Shown here one piece after another: positions 38,679 to 51,552 of a DNA stretch of 64,000 nucleotides. This stretch comes from Octopus vulgaris (Eukaryota). The position numbers and the translations under genes are program-made. Location of the stretch: assembly GCA_951406725.2 (NCBI GenBank), contig OX597838.1:16368001-16432000 (forward strand). The letters are read 5' to 3'. Under the pieces are notes generated by a model, which searched no databases, had not been told where the DNA came from, and worked only from the letters and a program-made list of their open reading frames with translations. Positions within the stretch are counted from its first letter, which is position 1; each line of letters starts with the position of its first letter.

Positions 38679-39310
38679 AGATAGAGAGAAGGTGGTAGAC
38701 AAAATAGGAGATTAAAAAAACATTTTTAACACAAAATATAGGGCCGCGAATCTCAGTAAGGGGCAGTTGATTTAATCGGCCCTTATCCCTACATGTGAAT
38801 GGCATTTATATTCCGGACCATGTTAGAACAAATAGCCAAGACGATTTGGGTGGAATTAGAACTTATAATGCGTGTTTGAAAGGGCGTGTTTGAATAACGA
38901 AGGCTATTAGGGCCCCTGAAGGATGGAAAAGCTAAGTCGATCTTGATGGGATTGGAACTCAAAATGTATTAGAAAGTAGATATTTAAATAAGATAGAGAG
39001 AAGGTGGTAGACAAAATAGGAGATTAAAAAACCATTTTTAACACAAAATATAGGGCCGCGAATCTCAGTAGGTAAGGAAGGGGCAGTTGATTTAATCGGC
39101 CCTTATCCCTACATGTGAATGGCATTTATATTTCGGACCATCCTAGAACAAATAGCCAAGACGATTTGGGTGGAATTAGAACTTATAATGCGTGTTTGAA
39201 AGGGCGTGTTTGAATAACGAAGGCTATTAGGGCCCCTGAAGGATGGAAAAGCTAAGTCGATCTTGATGGGATTGGAACTCAAAATGTATTAGGAAGTAGA
39301 TATTTAAATA
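38679..39310. repeat. Tandem duplication (312 + 320 bp)
   Basis: 38679-38990 is repeated at 38991-39310 with few differences. Confidence 0.95.
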
Positions 39311-39949
39311 AGGAAGGGTATTAAAGCATTTTTTTTTATTGATCTTTATTCTGCTATCTACTGCCCTGATAGAATATAAAGAATGACATCACATTGGATA
39401 ATAATAATAATAATAATTAATGATGATTTTTTAGAGTATATTTTTCAGCAGAGCTTAAAAGAAAACAACGTTGTCGGCGATATAAATATTTTCTTCATTT
39501 TGCCTTGAGAATAATATGATTAGGATAATTATAGGTTCAATACTAAGTAATCGAATGGTCGTCCAACGAGATGTGTGTATGTATATGTGTGTCTTTTTTC
39601 GTTTGACATACCAGAAATATGTGTAGTATACATACATTTTCGGTCTGACATACCGGATGTATATATATATATATAGGGCTTTATCTTTAAAAAAATTCCT
39701 GCATTTGCTTACAAAGCCACAGCAAAGAAAGAAAAAGAACACACAGAATTTAATATAATATATAAATAATATAACATATTTATATTTAAAAAATTCATAG
39801 GAAAGCGATCAGGATAAGAAATGAAAATTATTCAGTCACTATAGAAAGATATCTGACAGAAGGAACTGTCAATAGTAAAACAGGTGACCGTACAAATTCC
39901 TTATCGTTTAACCCTAAGAACGATTGATTTCCGTTCACCACGATTAACG

Positions 39950-40003
<54 letters not shown>

Positions 40004-40355
40004 GATAAGCAGGCAAGGTAATAAATATTTTCTCGAGGCTGATGAAGTGAAAGAGGGAATTAAGTATCAGGAGGGATGAGATGATAACTTAACTTAGAGT
40101 ACATGCTAAGGTTATAATTATACTTGCTCTTTATTTGTCTGATGGCTTTGGGAAATGAGAAGTAGAGGCGGTCATTCGCGTGCAAGCATACATACAATAT
40201 ATATATATATATATATATATATTCTCTTTTACCTGCTGTGGTTTTACTGAGATCTCTCTTAAGTAGAAAGAATAGCCATGACTCTTTGACTGCTATTTCT
40301 AAATTCGGTGTGTGGTGAGGCAAATCGTTGCTAAACCCTTAATTACTTAGTATTA

Positions 40356-40416
<61 letters not shown>

Positions 40417-40997
40417 CGGCTGTTGAGAATGAAGCTTGATAAATCAAGTTTTATACACCAAAATATAATACGAAGCTTCTTTTATTACATTTTATACTAA
40501 GCAGCAACAAATTGCTATAAATACTTAGACACACACACACTTAAATACATAATGGAATATGATTTTTGTAATTTAAAATGCAAATATAATCTTTAATAAT
40601 TTCATGCCGTTTATCTCAGATTTTATTCAATTTTTACATAATAATTTCTTCGGCAAGATATTTCATTAATTCACTTTCGTTTCCACTAAAACCCGGGATA
40701 CCAGTTTTTGACCAAAACAATATAGAAAAAAATTGTTTATTAACCTATGTGATATTATGTATTTGTTGACTTTTGCTCCACAAGTCACCGAAGTATGAAC
40801 ATCTGATAATCATTGCGTATTAAATTCGTTCATATGATTGTTATTCGATATGGTCGATAGGTTTTGATATTTTTTAGTTCATGTTTTTTTATCCTTTTAA
40901 TCATAATTAAAAAAATGAAATTGAGAAAAAATATTATATATATATATATAAACACATGAAATGAGTAAACGATAATTGGAAAGATACATACACACAC

Positions 40998-41041
<44 letters not shown>

Positions 41042-41294
41042 CTGAATGATATGATATATATATGTAAAAAAATGTAATATATAAATAAATATCTGTAAAT
41101 ATGAACCATCCGATCTTCTGATTACCTCATTTCTTCTAATATATATATATATATATATATTTATGTATGTATATATATATATAAACACATGAAATGGGTA
41201 AACGATAATTGGAAAGATACATACACACACACATTGTATATATATATATATATATGATATATATAGGCGGTATGTGTATCTATATGTGATTTCA

Positions 41295-41460
41295 ACTCAC
41301 CTCAAAAGCAACGTGAAACTGATTATTGTTTTGTTGTTGTTGGTATTTTTTTCTTTAACATCTCTCTAGAATAATCCGCGAGGTTCCATGCCCCGTCCGA
41401 ACTTCTGTCTTGTGACTGACTGGCAAACAAAACACAGATACAAGATGAAAGTAGAGGAAG
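41295..41460 (-). other. Candidate first (5' UTR) exon and splice donor of a minus-strand host gene
   Basis: Consensus donor GAG|GTGAGT at 41301/41300 in unique, locally CpG-richer sequence; 5' boundary unknown. Confidence 0.3.
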
Positions 41461-41605
41461 TCTTGATGGTAATTGGTTAGTACGGTAGTGGTGGTGGCGG
41501 TGGTGGTGATAGTGGTGATGAAGGTGGCGGGATTATGGTAGTGGGAAGAGGAGGTATGGAAGTTAGAGTAGCGTTTGCTAATTAAGTAGCAGTCAGTAGT
41601 TGTTG

Positions 41606-41648
<43 letters not shown>

Positions 41649-42280
41649 ATGCCGCAACAGAGACGGCGAAAGAACAGACAAGAGAGGCAGAGAAACAGAA
41701 AGAAAGAGAGAGATTACAATGATAAGAGGAGACAACTTGATGATCTTCGAGAACGGAAGATTCTAATTTCTGTTCGTTCACATATACCACTGTAGCTGTA
41801 TCACTTGTTTTTGAAATGCTACAGTAATAAATATACACCGATCTAATGGACAGAAATGAAACCGAAGTGCTGAGGAAGGAACTAGAGGTTTCAAAGAAAT
41901 GAACTGTGTTAATTATTATATATATATATAGACATATATATATTGTCTTGAGCTTTCTAACAACGAAAGTGAAGTTTATTGTCTTCAATTCAGATAAAAA
42001 AAATAATGAATAAAAACTATACATTGATATTACTGTATATAAAGGTGAATGATTGAGATGAGTGTTACGTAACAAATAGGTTTCGTTCGCATGTACGTAT
42101 ATCGCAAGCTACGGATAGGGAAATAAAATATTTCGTTACATTATTTATGATATCGATAATTATTTTGCATGTACGATAGAAATTAAATTTGTCAATTCGC
42201 CATTGGTTTTTGTTATTTATATTATTCTGTGTGGGGGGTCGTGTATGTATCTTTCCAATTATCGTCTGCCCACTTCATGT

Positions 42281-42316
<36 letters not shown>

Positions 42317-42347
42317 GTACATATATACATATATATATGTGTGTGTG

Positions 42348-42380
<33 letters not shown>

Positions 42381-42972
42381 TACATAACGCTTGTATATTT
42401 CTAGAGAAAAAAATTCTCAGAGATATTAACTAGGGGCGTCATCAGACATAAAAAAAAAATCAGTTGTTGGCATTTTAATACACTGAGTACAAAAAAGTCT
42501 ATCAGGAATAATAAAGATTTGAGGAAACGAGAATAATAGTCAATGAATAAAATATTTTATTCTGGCAAGTATGGGAAACAACTCTATACATGTTTCTGCA
42601 TTATTACATCTCATCGAAGAATAAACTTCACATCGTGTAGTAGAAGTGAGAGGATCGGTAAGAAAATGTACAATATTATACACTGGTCAACATAGCAAAA
42701 TAAAACATTTTAGCCCAAAGGCCTCCAAATATATCCTGTCACAAAATCTTTATTCTTTTATTTGTTTCAGTCATTTGACTGCAGCCATGCTGGAGCACCA
42801 ACTTAAGGGGTTTTAATCAAACAAATCGATCCCAGGATTTATTCTTTGTAGGCCTAGTATTTATTCGATCGGTCTCTTTTGCCCAACCGTTAAGTTATGG
42901 GGACATAAACACACTAACATCGGTTGTCAAGCGATGTTGGGCGGACAATACAGACACAAACACACAAATATA

Positions 42973-43029
<57 letters not shown>

Positions 43030-43031
<2 letters not shown>

Positions 43032-43433
43032 CGCAGGAGTGTCTGTGTGGTAAGTAGCTTGCTTACCAACCACATGATTCCAGGTTCAGTCCCACTGTGT
43101 GGCACCTTGGGCAAGTGTCTTCTACTATAGCCTCGGGCCAACCAAAGCCTTGTGAGTGGATTTGGTAGACGGAAACTGAAAGAAGCCCGTCGTATATATG
43201 TATATATATATATATGCGTGTGTGTGTTTGTGTATCTGTGTTTGTCCCCCTAGCATTGCTTGACATGCTGGTGTGTTTATGTCCCCGTTACTTAGCGGTT
43301 CGGCAAAAGAGACCGATAGAATAAGTACTGGGCTTACAAAAGAATAAGTCCCGGGGTCGAGTTTCTCGATTAAAGGTGGTTGCTCCAGCATGGCCGCAGT
43401 CAAATGACTGAAACAAGTAAAAGAGTAAAAGAG
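43030..43433 (+). mobile_element. SINE family S2, full length
   Basis: GGCGCAGGAGT head to ...AAGTAAAAGAGTAAAAGAG tail; an inverted partial copy lies at 42750-43020. Confidence 0.85.
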
Positions 43434-43463
43434 TATATATATATATATACACATTATATATAT

Positions 43464-44478
43464 ATCATCATCATCATCGTTTAACGTCCGTTTTCCATGC
43501 TAGCATGGGTTGGACGGTTCAACTGGAGTCTGGGAAGCCAGGAGGCTGCGCCAGACTCCAGTCTGATCTGGCAGTGTTTCTACAGCTAGATGCCCTTCCT
43601 AACGCCAACCACTCCGTGAGTGTAGTAGGTGTTTTTTACGTGCCACCGGCACAGAGGCCAAAGGAGGCTGGCAAACGGCTATGATCAGTTGGTGCTTTTA
43701 CGTGTCACCGACACGGATGCCAGACAGGCGGCACTGGCATCTGCCACATTCGGACGGTGCTTTTTATGTGTCACCGGCACAGGTATCTTAACTACAATTT
43801 CCATTTGATTTCTATTTTGATGTTGGTGTTGATGTACTTGACTCAATAGGTCTCCTCAAGAACCGCGGGTCACCCTATGATCCAAGGTTAGCACAGCAGG
43901 CCGTCCTGCGAGCCATGAACTCACTTTATTTGTTGGGTCTTCACAGTCACAGCATATCTCAGAGGTCTCAGTCTTTGTCATTTCCTCTGTGAGACCCTAC
44001 GGGCCACCAGCACGGGTATCACAACTACAATATCCCTACGATTTTTATTTTGATGTTGATGAACTTGACACAATAGGTCTTCTCAAGCGCTGCAGGCCGT
44101 CCTGCAAGCCATGAACTCACTTCATTTGTCAGGTCTTCAAAGTCACAACATATCTCCAGAAGTCTCTGTCATAGCCTCTGTGAGGCTCAACGTACGAACG
44201 TCATGCTTGACTACCTCATCCCATATCTTCCTGGGTCTACCTCTACCCTAGATTCCTTCACCAGTTTGGGAGTGGCACTTCTTCACACATCTCTCCTCAT
44301 CCATCCGTAGTACATGACCATACCAACGCAAACATCTCTCCTGCACGCTGCATCCGATGCTTCTTATGCCTAACATCTCTCTCAGGGCACTTACACTCTG
44401 TCGTGCATGGACACTGACATTACACATCCAGTGGATCATGCTAGCTTCATTTCTTTCGAGCCTACACATGTCCACCAC
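43464..44478 (-). mobile_element. RTE-LINE 3' region (two stacked truncated copies): ORF end, 3' UTR and (GAT)n tail
   Basis: RLERNEASMIHWMCNVS...LRWYGHVLRM...RGRPRKIWDEVVK on minus; 43770-43998 is homologous to ~44005-44190. Confidence 0.85.
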
Positions 44479-44491
44479 AATATATATATAT

Positions 44492-44731
44492 ATCATCATC
44501 ATCATCATCATCGTTTAGCGTCCGCTTTCCATGCTAGCATGGGTTGGACGGTTCAACTGGGGTCTGGGAAGCCAGAAGGCTGCACCAGGCCCAGTCTGAT
44601 GTGGCAGCGTTTCTACAGCTGGATGCCCTTCCTAACGCCAACCACTCCATGAGTGCAGTGGATGCTTTTTACGTGCCACCAGCACAGGTACCAGACAAGG
44701 CTGGCAAACGGCCACGATCGGATGGTGCTTT
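44492..44731 (-). mobile_element. RTE-LINE 3' end (family R)
   Basis: Family R motif. Confidence 0.8.
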
Positions 44732-45451
44732 TATATATACTACAGGTGGTGAACCAGGATGACCTCAGCCCTGGGCTAAAACCAGTAAAAGATAAAAGAT
44801 ATACACACGATGGGTTTCTTTCAGTTCTCATCTACCAAATTCACTCACAGAGCTTTGGTTGAAGGCACTCGCCCAAATAGAAAACACTTGCCCAAGGTGC
44901 CACACAGTGGGACTGAAATGGAATCATGGGGTTGGGAAGCATGCGTCTCACCACACAGTCAAGCCTGTGTTAACCTGCGGGTGTGACAAAAAACATTTGG
45001 TTAACTAAAGTCTTAAAAATGGAATTTGGTTGACAGAAACTACGTTGAAGTTTATCAAGAGGATCATTCTGTCCCTGGATGGCAGACTTAATCTGGTGGT
45101 CATGCCGGACTTGACAGCGTGTTGCATCCTTGGGCAAGACACTTCACTTCACATTACTGCAGTCTATGCAGCTGTAATGAATACCAGTTGAATGTTTATG
45201 CAACCCTTTCTCCCCCTCCCCTAGCTGTCATATTGTTTTGTGCTGTGGAAGCATCCTGACCCCTTCCATGTAAATGAAAAAGAATGAATGCATTACAATA
45301 AAATAAAGAAACTGTGTGAACTGTCGAGCAGAGTTGACAGCGTTGATCATCCGTATTGATTACTGTATTAGTCTAATATCATAACTACATTTGGAGTAGT
45401 ATGGAGTGCATTCTGTGAGAATATATTAATTCTGCAAAAGGTTATTCTAGA

Positions 45452-45830
45452 CATCATCATCATCATCGTTTAACGTCCGCTTTCCATGCTAGCATGGGTT
45501 GGACGGTTCAACTGGGGTCTAGGAAGCCAGAAGGCTGCACCAGGCCCAGTCTGATCTGGCAATGTTTCTACAGCTGGATGCCCTTCCTAACGTCAACCAC
45601 TCCATGAGTGTAGTGGGTGCTTTTTATGTGCCACCGACACAGGTGCCAGACGAGACTGGCGAACGGCCACACTCGGATGGTATTTTTTATGTGCCACCGA
45701 CACAGGTGCCAGACGAGGCTGGTGAACGGCCATGCTCGGATGGTGTTTTTTATGTGCCACCGACACAGGTGCCAGACGAGGCTGGCGAACGGCCACGCTC
45801 GGATGGTGTTTTTTATGTGCCACCGACACA
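45452..45830 (-). mobile_element. RTE-LINE 3' end (family R) with 63-bp unit x3
   Basis: TTTTATGTGCCACCGACACA... recurs every 63 bp from ~45621. Confidence 0.8.
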
Positions 45831-45867
45831 ACCATATCCAAATATTTATTTGGTTAATACTATTCTT

Positions 45868-46126
45868 GTGGAGGCGCGTGGCTTAGTAGTTAGGGTGTCA
45901 GCAACATGATCGTAAGATTGTGGTTTCGATTCCTGAACCAGGCGACGCGTTGTGTTCTTGAGCAAAACACTTCATTTCACGTTGCTCCAGTCCACTCAGC
46001 TGGCAAAAATGAGTAACGCTGCGATGGACTGGCGTCCCGTCCAGCTGGGGAACACATACGCCATAGAAACCAGAAAACTGGGCCTGTGAGCCTGGCTAGG
46101 CTTTAAAAGGGTGCAAAAATTAAAAA
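45868..46126 (+). mobile_element. tRNA-derived SINE family S3
   Basis: A-box TGGCTTAGTAG, B-box GTTTCGATTCC; 12-bp TSD AATACTATTCTT. Confidence 0.85.
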
Positions 46127-46309
46127 AATACTATTCTTACACCCAATGTTGTCATAACATTTTGGATGTTCTGCTAAAATCAAAATTAAAGAGATCAAGA
46201 GGACGTCTGCGTCAGCTCACAGCTATATTTTCCTTTGTTCTACATAAACGTCTCTAGTCTGTGGAATCATAATGCCAGTTACCTGGTTTCTGTGGTGTAT
46301 AAATGATTG

Positions 46310-46655
46310 GGATCTTTACCTTTTGACCGACAGATTTTTAAAATAATTTTTTTGTAACTAAACACTTTCAGACATTGGACACTGGTAGAACGTGTCATAT
46401 AAAACATCTTTTACTCTTAGCGTTTTTGAGAAAAACTTATATTTAGGAAGTTATTTCACGTTAAAGTAGTCCTATTTCTGTAATTTCAACCAATCAATGA
46501 AGTGTATTTAGCTGAATAAAATTACTGCTGTTGTTTGTCAACAACTACTATTGGCGGTGTATTTTTCGTTTGTCACTGTTATTTATGACATCATTTGTGC
46601 ATTTGTACGGGTTTTAGCTTTAAGGTTTTATGGTTAGGGTTTTAGAATTAGGGTT
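46310..46655 (+). mobile_element. Dispersed element ending in degenerate TTAGGG repeats
   Basis: Homologous to 54821-55207. Confidence 0.7.
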
Positions 46656-47116
46656 AAAAACCTGCAAAGAAAGGAACAAGGTGTTCTGCAGACAATAAAG
46701 CCACTTAGCTGGCAGAATCATAAGCATGTTAGACAGAATACTTAGCAATATTTCTTCCAGCTGAAGCAGTGAGCTGACAGAAACGCCAGCACATCAAGAC
46801 TGGCAGGATGAAGTGGCTGACCTCCCCTGTTCGAAGGTTTATAATGGACGCAGTTTGTGTGTCAAATAGCTAGCTTGAGGTGGTGGCCTCATGGAGCTAA
46901 TCAGCGACAGCTTTCGTCTTATATCTATAAGACTGCCACATTAGTATGGCGATAACTATTAATTTCCAGTAACGCTGCCGTAATCTCCTTTAGAGAGACT
47001 TAGTAATTTTAATATTTCTATTAATCCCAATAATTCTTCCAGTTCTTTATGTTCTGAGTTAAAATCCCAGGTCAGCTTTGCCTTTCATACATGTAGGCTC
47101 AATAAAATAAAGTACC

Positions 47117-47348
47117 TATTTCTTTATTACCCACAAGGGGCTAAACATAGAGGGGACAAACAAGGACAGACATAGGTATTAAGTCGATTACATCGACCCC
47201 AGTGCATAACTGGTACTTAATTTATCGATCCCGAAAGGATGAAAGGTAAAGTCGACCTCCGCAGAATTTGAACTCACAACGTAACAGCAGACGAAATACC
47301 GCTAAGCATTTTGCCCGATGTGCTAACGTTTCTGCCAGCTCGCCGCCT
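47117..47348 (-). mobile_element. SINE S1 nested in an older S1 copy
   Basis: 18-bp TSD TCAATAAAATAAAGTACC. Confidence 0.85.
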
Positions 47349-47569
47349 TCAATAAAATAAAGTACCAGTCAGGTTGTTGGGGATGTAATCAACTTGTTTC
47401 CTTCCCTCGTAAATTGCTGATCTCAAACCCTGTTCAGGTTGAATGTTGTAATCTCGGTCATTAATCTCGGTCACTGATAACCATGGAAATCAAATAACTA
47501 GTCTTGTGTGTCCTAAGGCCTCAAGGAAAATAAAATAAGAAAGGTGAAAAAAAGCATTGTTGTGAGTAA

Positions 47570-47623
<54 letters not shown>

Positions 47624-48283
47624 ATATTGCATGTGTAGAAATTAATTGATAAACCAATGAAATATAGAGGAAATAATTGATTTATTGATCACAGTGCATT
47701 GTGCTTAGTACAAATACATTACTTTTCATTTCTAGCACTCTTCTCTACTGTTACATCCACACACACACACAACGTTTGATACTCTATTACTCTTTTCTGT
47801 CACTGGAGTGTAGCCAATTTGAGGAAGGCCCCGATTACCACCACCACCACTGTCAAAGGATTTTTTTTTTCAGCTGACTACGATCACAGCTGACTACTTA
47901 TTTCAGACTGGCTCTTAATTTATCAGTTTCTATTCACTGAATGGCTAAGTTACCTGAAATATCTTCTTATAATATAAATATATCATAATTGTATGTGATT
48001 GTTTATGTACCTATGTCTATGTGCTTGTATATGTGTCTACATTGTTTGGTATAAATTTAACAATATTTTGTGTCTCCTTTTTACAGGAACAGCTTGACGT
48101 ATTGGTGAAGAGTCTATGGCGTTGGAGAGCATAAAGATTAAAGTTATAATTGAGGAAAAGTTAGCTGACATCAAGGGTTAGAAGCCATCTGAATATTGGA
48201 GAAGAATTTATTGTATCAAGATGATTATGCTGAATTTCAAACTGCTGACATCGTTACTGCTGCTCAATGCCCAGTGAATACTA

Positions 48284-48840
48284 TTGGGTTGTCCGGAAAG
48301 TTTGTGCCAATTTTTAAAGGAAAGAAAAAGGTCAATAAATACTTGCCATTACATCTTTAATCAACCAAATATGAACCATTTTGTTGCACAATGCGTCTCC
48401 ATCTTTCCTTTCACTTGAAAATACCCTCTTCCCAGAATTGAGGTGGTTTCATGGCAAAGAATTCATCAAGGTATCTTTTTACGTCATCCAAGGAATTGAA
48501 ATTTTTACCATTAAGACTATTCTGCAGAGACCTGAATAAGTGGATATCCGAAGGAGCAATATCTGGAGGGTGGGGTAACACATCCCAGCCGAGCTGCAGA
48601 AATTTTTGTCTGGTTCCCAAAGCAGCAAGTGCCGAAAATGAACTTTCTTATCTTCCATTTTAAAGGGTTACAGAATTAACACAGGTTATAGGAACATAAA
48701 CCTGCTTCCACGAAAAGATAGCTTAAACTGTGCTCTAAATGGAGGTGCAATCAAATCCTATTTTATGGACTCAACCATGTTCTAAAATAAGTCGAAAGGT
48801 AAGCTACTATAAATTGGCACGAACTTTCCGGACAACCCAA
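48284..48840 (-). mobile_element. Internally deleted mariner element
   Basis: TA|TTGGGTTGTCCGGAAAGTT...AACTTTCCGGACAACCCAA|TA; remnant LGWDVLPHPP..DIAPSDIHLFRSLQNSL. Confidence 0.9.
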
Positions 48841-48924
48841 TATAAAAGCTGTAAGATGTGACATGGACAGCTGCAATGGAGATTCTGAAGCTGTGACCGG
48901 CAGGAAAGGACACAGCAGATGGAA

Positions 48925-49350
48925 TTCATCCCCACATTTTGAACAGAGCATTAGGCTCAGTTCAGGTGGCTATGTGAAGCTGCCGGGGACTGTGGTCAGT
49001 CTCTGGTTGAAGAAGGTTGTTGCTGGAAGGCCATGTATGTGGCTGCAGGATTCAGTTCCTTGTCATACATCTGGAAAGAGTAGGAAGTGGCTGTCAGAGA
49101 ATTTCTACAGCTTCACCGGCCCCAATTTCTGGTTTTCTAATTCCCTCAATCGTAACGCCATGGATTACTATGTGTAGGGCACAGTTAAAGAATGACACCA
49201 ATCACTCTACCTGCGACACCAAGCCCAAGCTGGTAGCCAAAATGAAGGAGGTGCTTGAAGATCTACTAAGGGACACAGTGGGAAATGCATTTACCAAGTT
49301 CCGGAGCTTTCTTGAGACCTTGGTGGAAGCTGAGGGGTAGTCACCTTGAG
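48925..49350 (+). pseudogene. Degenerate Tc1/mariner (maT/DD37D-like) transposase fragment
   Basis: ...WLQDSVPCHTS...KWLSENF...NFW..NS...NAMDYYV...FRSFLETLVEAEG. Confidence 0.7.
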
Positions 49351-49686
49351 TAAACTGTTATCTCCTAGCCTTAATCTAGTTGATATTTTTTTGATTTTTT
49401 AAAAAGGATACTTTTATACCCATCAAGCTAAGCAAAATTGCAATCGTGACAGATACTGGTGCCATGCAAATTGGCACCCATGCCAGTGGCACATAAAGGC
49501 ACTCGTTACACATTCATTTTTTTGGATTTTTTAAAAATACTTTTATACCCATCAAGTGGTTGGTGGTAGGAAGGGCCTCCAGCCATAGAAAACCATGTCA
49601 GATCAGACTGGAGTCTGATGCAGCCTTCCACCATCCCAGCCCAGTCAAACCGTCCAACCCATGCCAGCATGGACAACAGATGTTAA

Positions 49687-49704
49687 ATAATAATAATAAT
49701 AATA

Positions 49705-49746
<42 letters not shown>

Positions 49747-49865
49747 GTGATGATGGTGATGGTGATGGTGATGGTGGTGATGGTGATGATGGTGATGGTG
49801 ATGGTGATGGTGGTGATGGTGATGGTGATGATGATGATGGTGATGATGATGATGATGATGATGAT
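49687..49865. repeat. (AAT)/(GAT)/(GGT) microsatellite grown from a family R tail
   Basis: Directly follows the family R end at ~49560-49686. Confidence 0.9.
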
Positions 49866-50708
49866 TTGGATGGAATATTGTGTTTCCTTTCTGTCACATT
49901 TATCTTGGAACACTTTGTATGTGCAGGTACATGCATGTATGTATGTTGGGAGGAAAGAGAGGGAAATGGTTGGTGGAGAGAGAGAGAGAGAGAGAGAGAG
50001 GCAACTGATATGAAGGTTACTAATCATAGGTTGATTGATTGCTGTATTGAATTGATTGGTTGCCATATAAATATTGCATGCATGTATGTGTGCATGCATG
50101 TGTGTTCGTGTATGTGTGTGTGCATGTATGTGTGTGTGTGTGCATGCATGTATGTGTATGCATGTATATGTATGTGTGTGCCTGTATGTGTGTATGCATG
50201 TATGTGTGTGTGTTTGTTTGTGTATGTATATGTCTGTGCATGTTTGTTTGTGTGTGTATATGTGTGTGCATGTATGTGTGTGTGTGTGTTTGTGTGTGTT
50301 TGTGTGTGTGTGTATGTATGTGTGTGTGTACATGTGTCTGTGTTTGTATGTGTGTGTGTGTGTGTGTGTTTGTGCATGTATGTGTGTGTGTGTGTATGTT
50401 TGTGTACACATGCATGTGTATATGTGTGTGCTTCTTTGATGAAGTATTGGGATGATACATAAAGCCGATATAAAAATGAATAAAAGATGAGGGATCACAC
50501 ATTTTATTCAATTCCATGTCCACTGTAAGTACCTCCATGACACTGTCAAAAATATATCAACACATATTTAACATCCAATCCAAATTTACTCATCACTAAT
50601 TCATTCTGAAACAAGAAGGCACCAATATGGATACTGGAAATATCAGCAAAATCTTCTCCCTCAAATCGGTCTCACATCTTAACCCTTTCAACCCTGCTTA
50701 TACCAAAC

Positions 50709-51097
50709 TAGTGGAGGCACAATGGCCCAGTGGTTAGGGCAGCGGACTCGCGGTCGTAGGATCGCGGTTTCGATTCCCAGACTGGGCGTTGTGAGTGTTT
50801 ATTGAACGAAAACACCTAAAGCTCCACGAGGCTCCGGCAGAGGATGGTGGTGATCCCTGCTGTACTCTTTCACCACAACTTTCTCTCACTCTTACTTCCT
50901 GTTTCTGTTGTACCTGTATTTCAAAGGGCCGGCCTAGTCACTCTCTGTGTCACGCTGAATATCCCCGAGAACTACGTTAAGGGTGCACGTGTCTGTGGAG
51001 TGCTCAGCCACTTGCACGTTAATTTCACGAGCAGGCTGTTCCGTTGATCGGATCAACCGGAACCCTCGTCGTCGTAACCGACGGAGTGCTTCCATCC
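50709..51097 (+). mobile_element. tRNA-derived SINE family S4
   Basis: TGGCCCAGTGG A-box, GTTTCGATTCC B-box; TSD ATACCAAAC. Confidence 0.85.
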
Positions 51098-51246
51098 ATA
51101 CCAAACCATCTGAAATTGCCCTAGGGTTCTATGACATGAACTCACTGTTTTAACCCTTTAGCATTTAAACTGAGCATATCCAACTCAAACATTGCACCTG
51201 TTTTATGTCCAAACCAGCTAGATCTAGCTTCTTACACCTATCATAT

Positions 51247-51552
51247 GTGGAGACACATGGCCTAGTGGTTAGAGCAGCGGACTCGCGGTCGAGGGATCGT
51301 GGGTTCGAATCTCAGACGGGGCAATGTGTGTGTTTATGAGCGAAACACCTAAGCTCCATGTGGTTCCAGAAGAAGGTAATGTCAAACTTCTGCTGACTCT
51401 TTCACCACAACTTTCTCTCACCCTTTCCTCCTGCATTTTGCAGCTCACCTGTGATGGATCAGCGTCTCGTCCAAGTGGGGAACCTATACGCCAAGGAAAC
51501 CGGGAAACCGGCCCTAATGAGGCAGGCATGGCTCGAGAATGAACAAACAACA
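51247..51552 (+). mobile_element. tRNA-derived SINE (S4-like head, S3-like tail)
   Basis: TGGCCTAGTGG...GGTTCGAATCT; (AAC)n tail; TSD ACACCTAT[C/T]ATAT. Confidence 0.8.

Noticed and set aside
50711-50790. tRNA gene (also 45870-45940 and 51247-51325)
   Set aside because: A/B boxes present, but these are SINE heads with bodies, tails and TSDs
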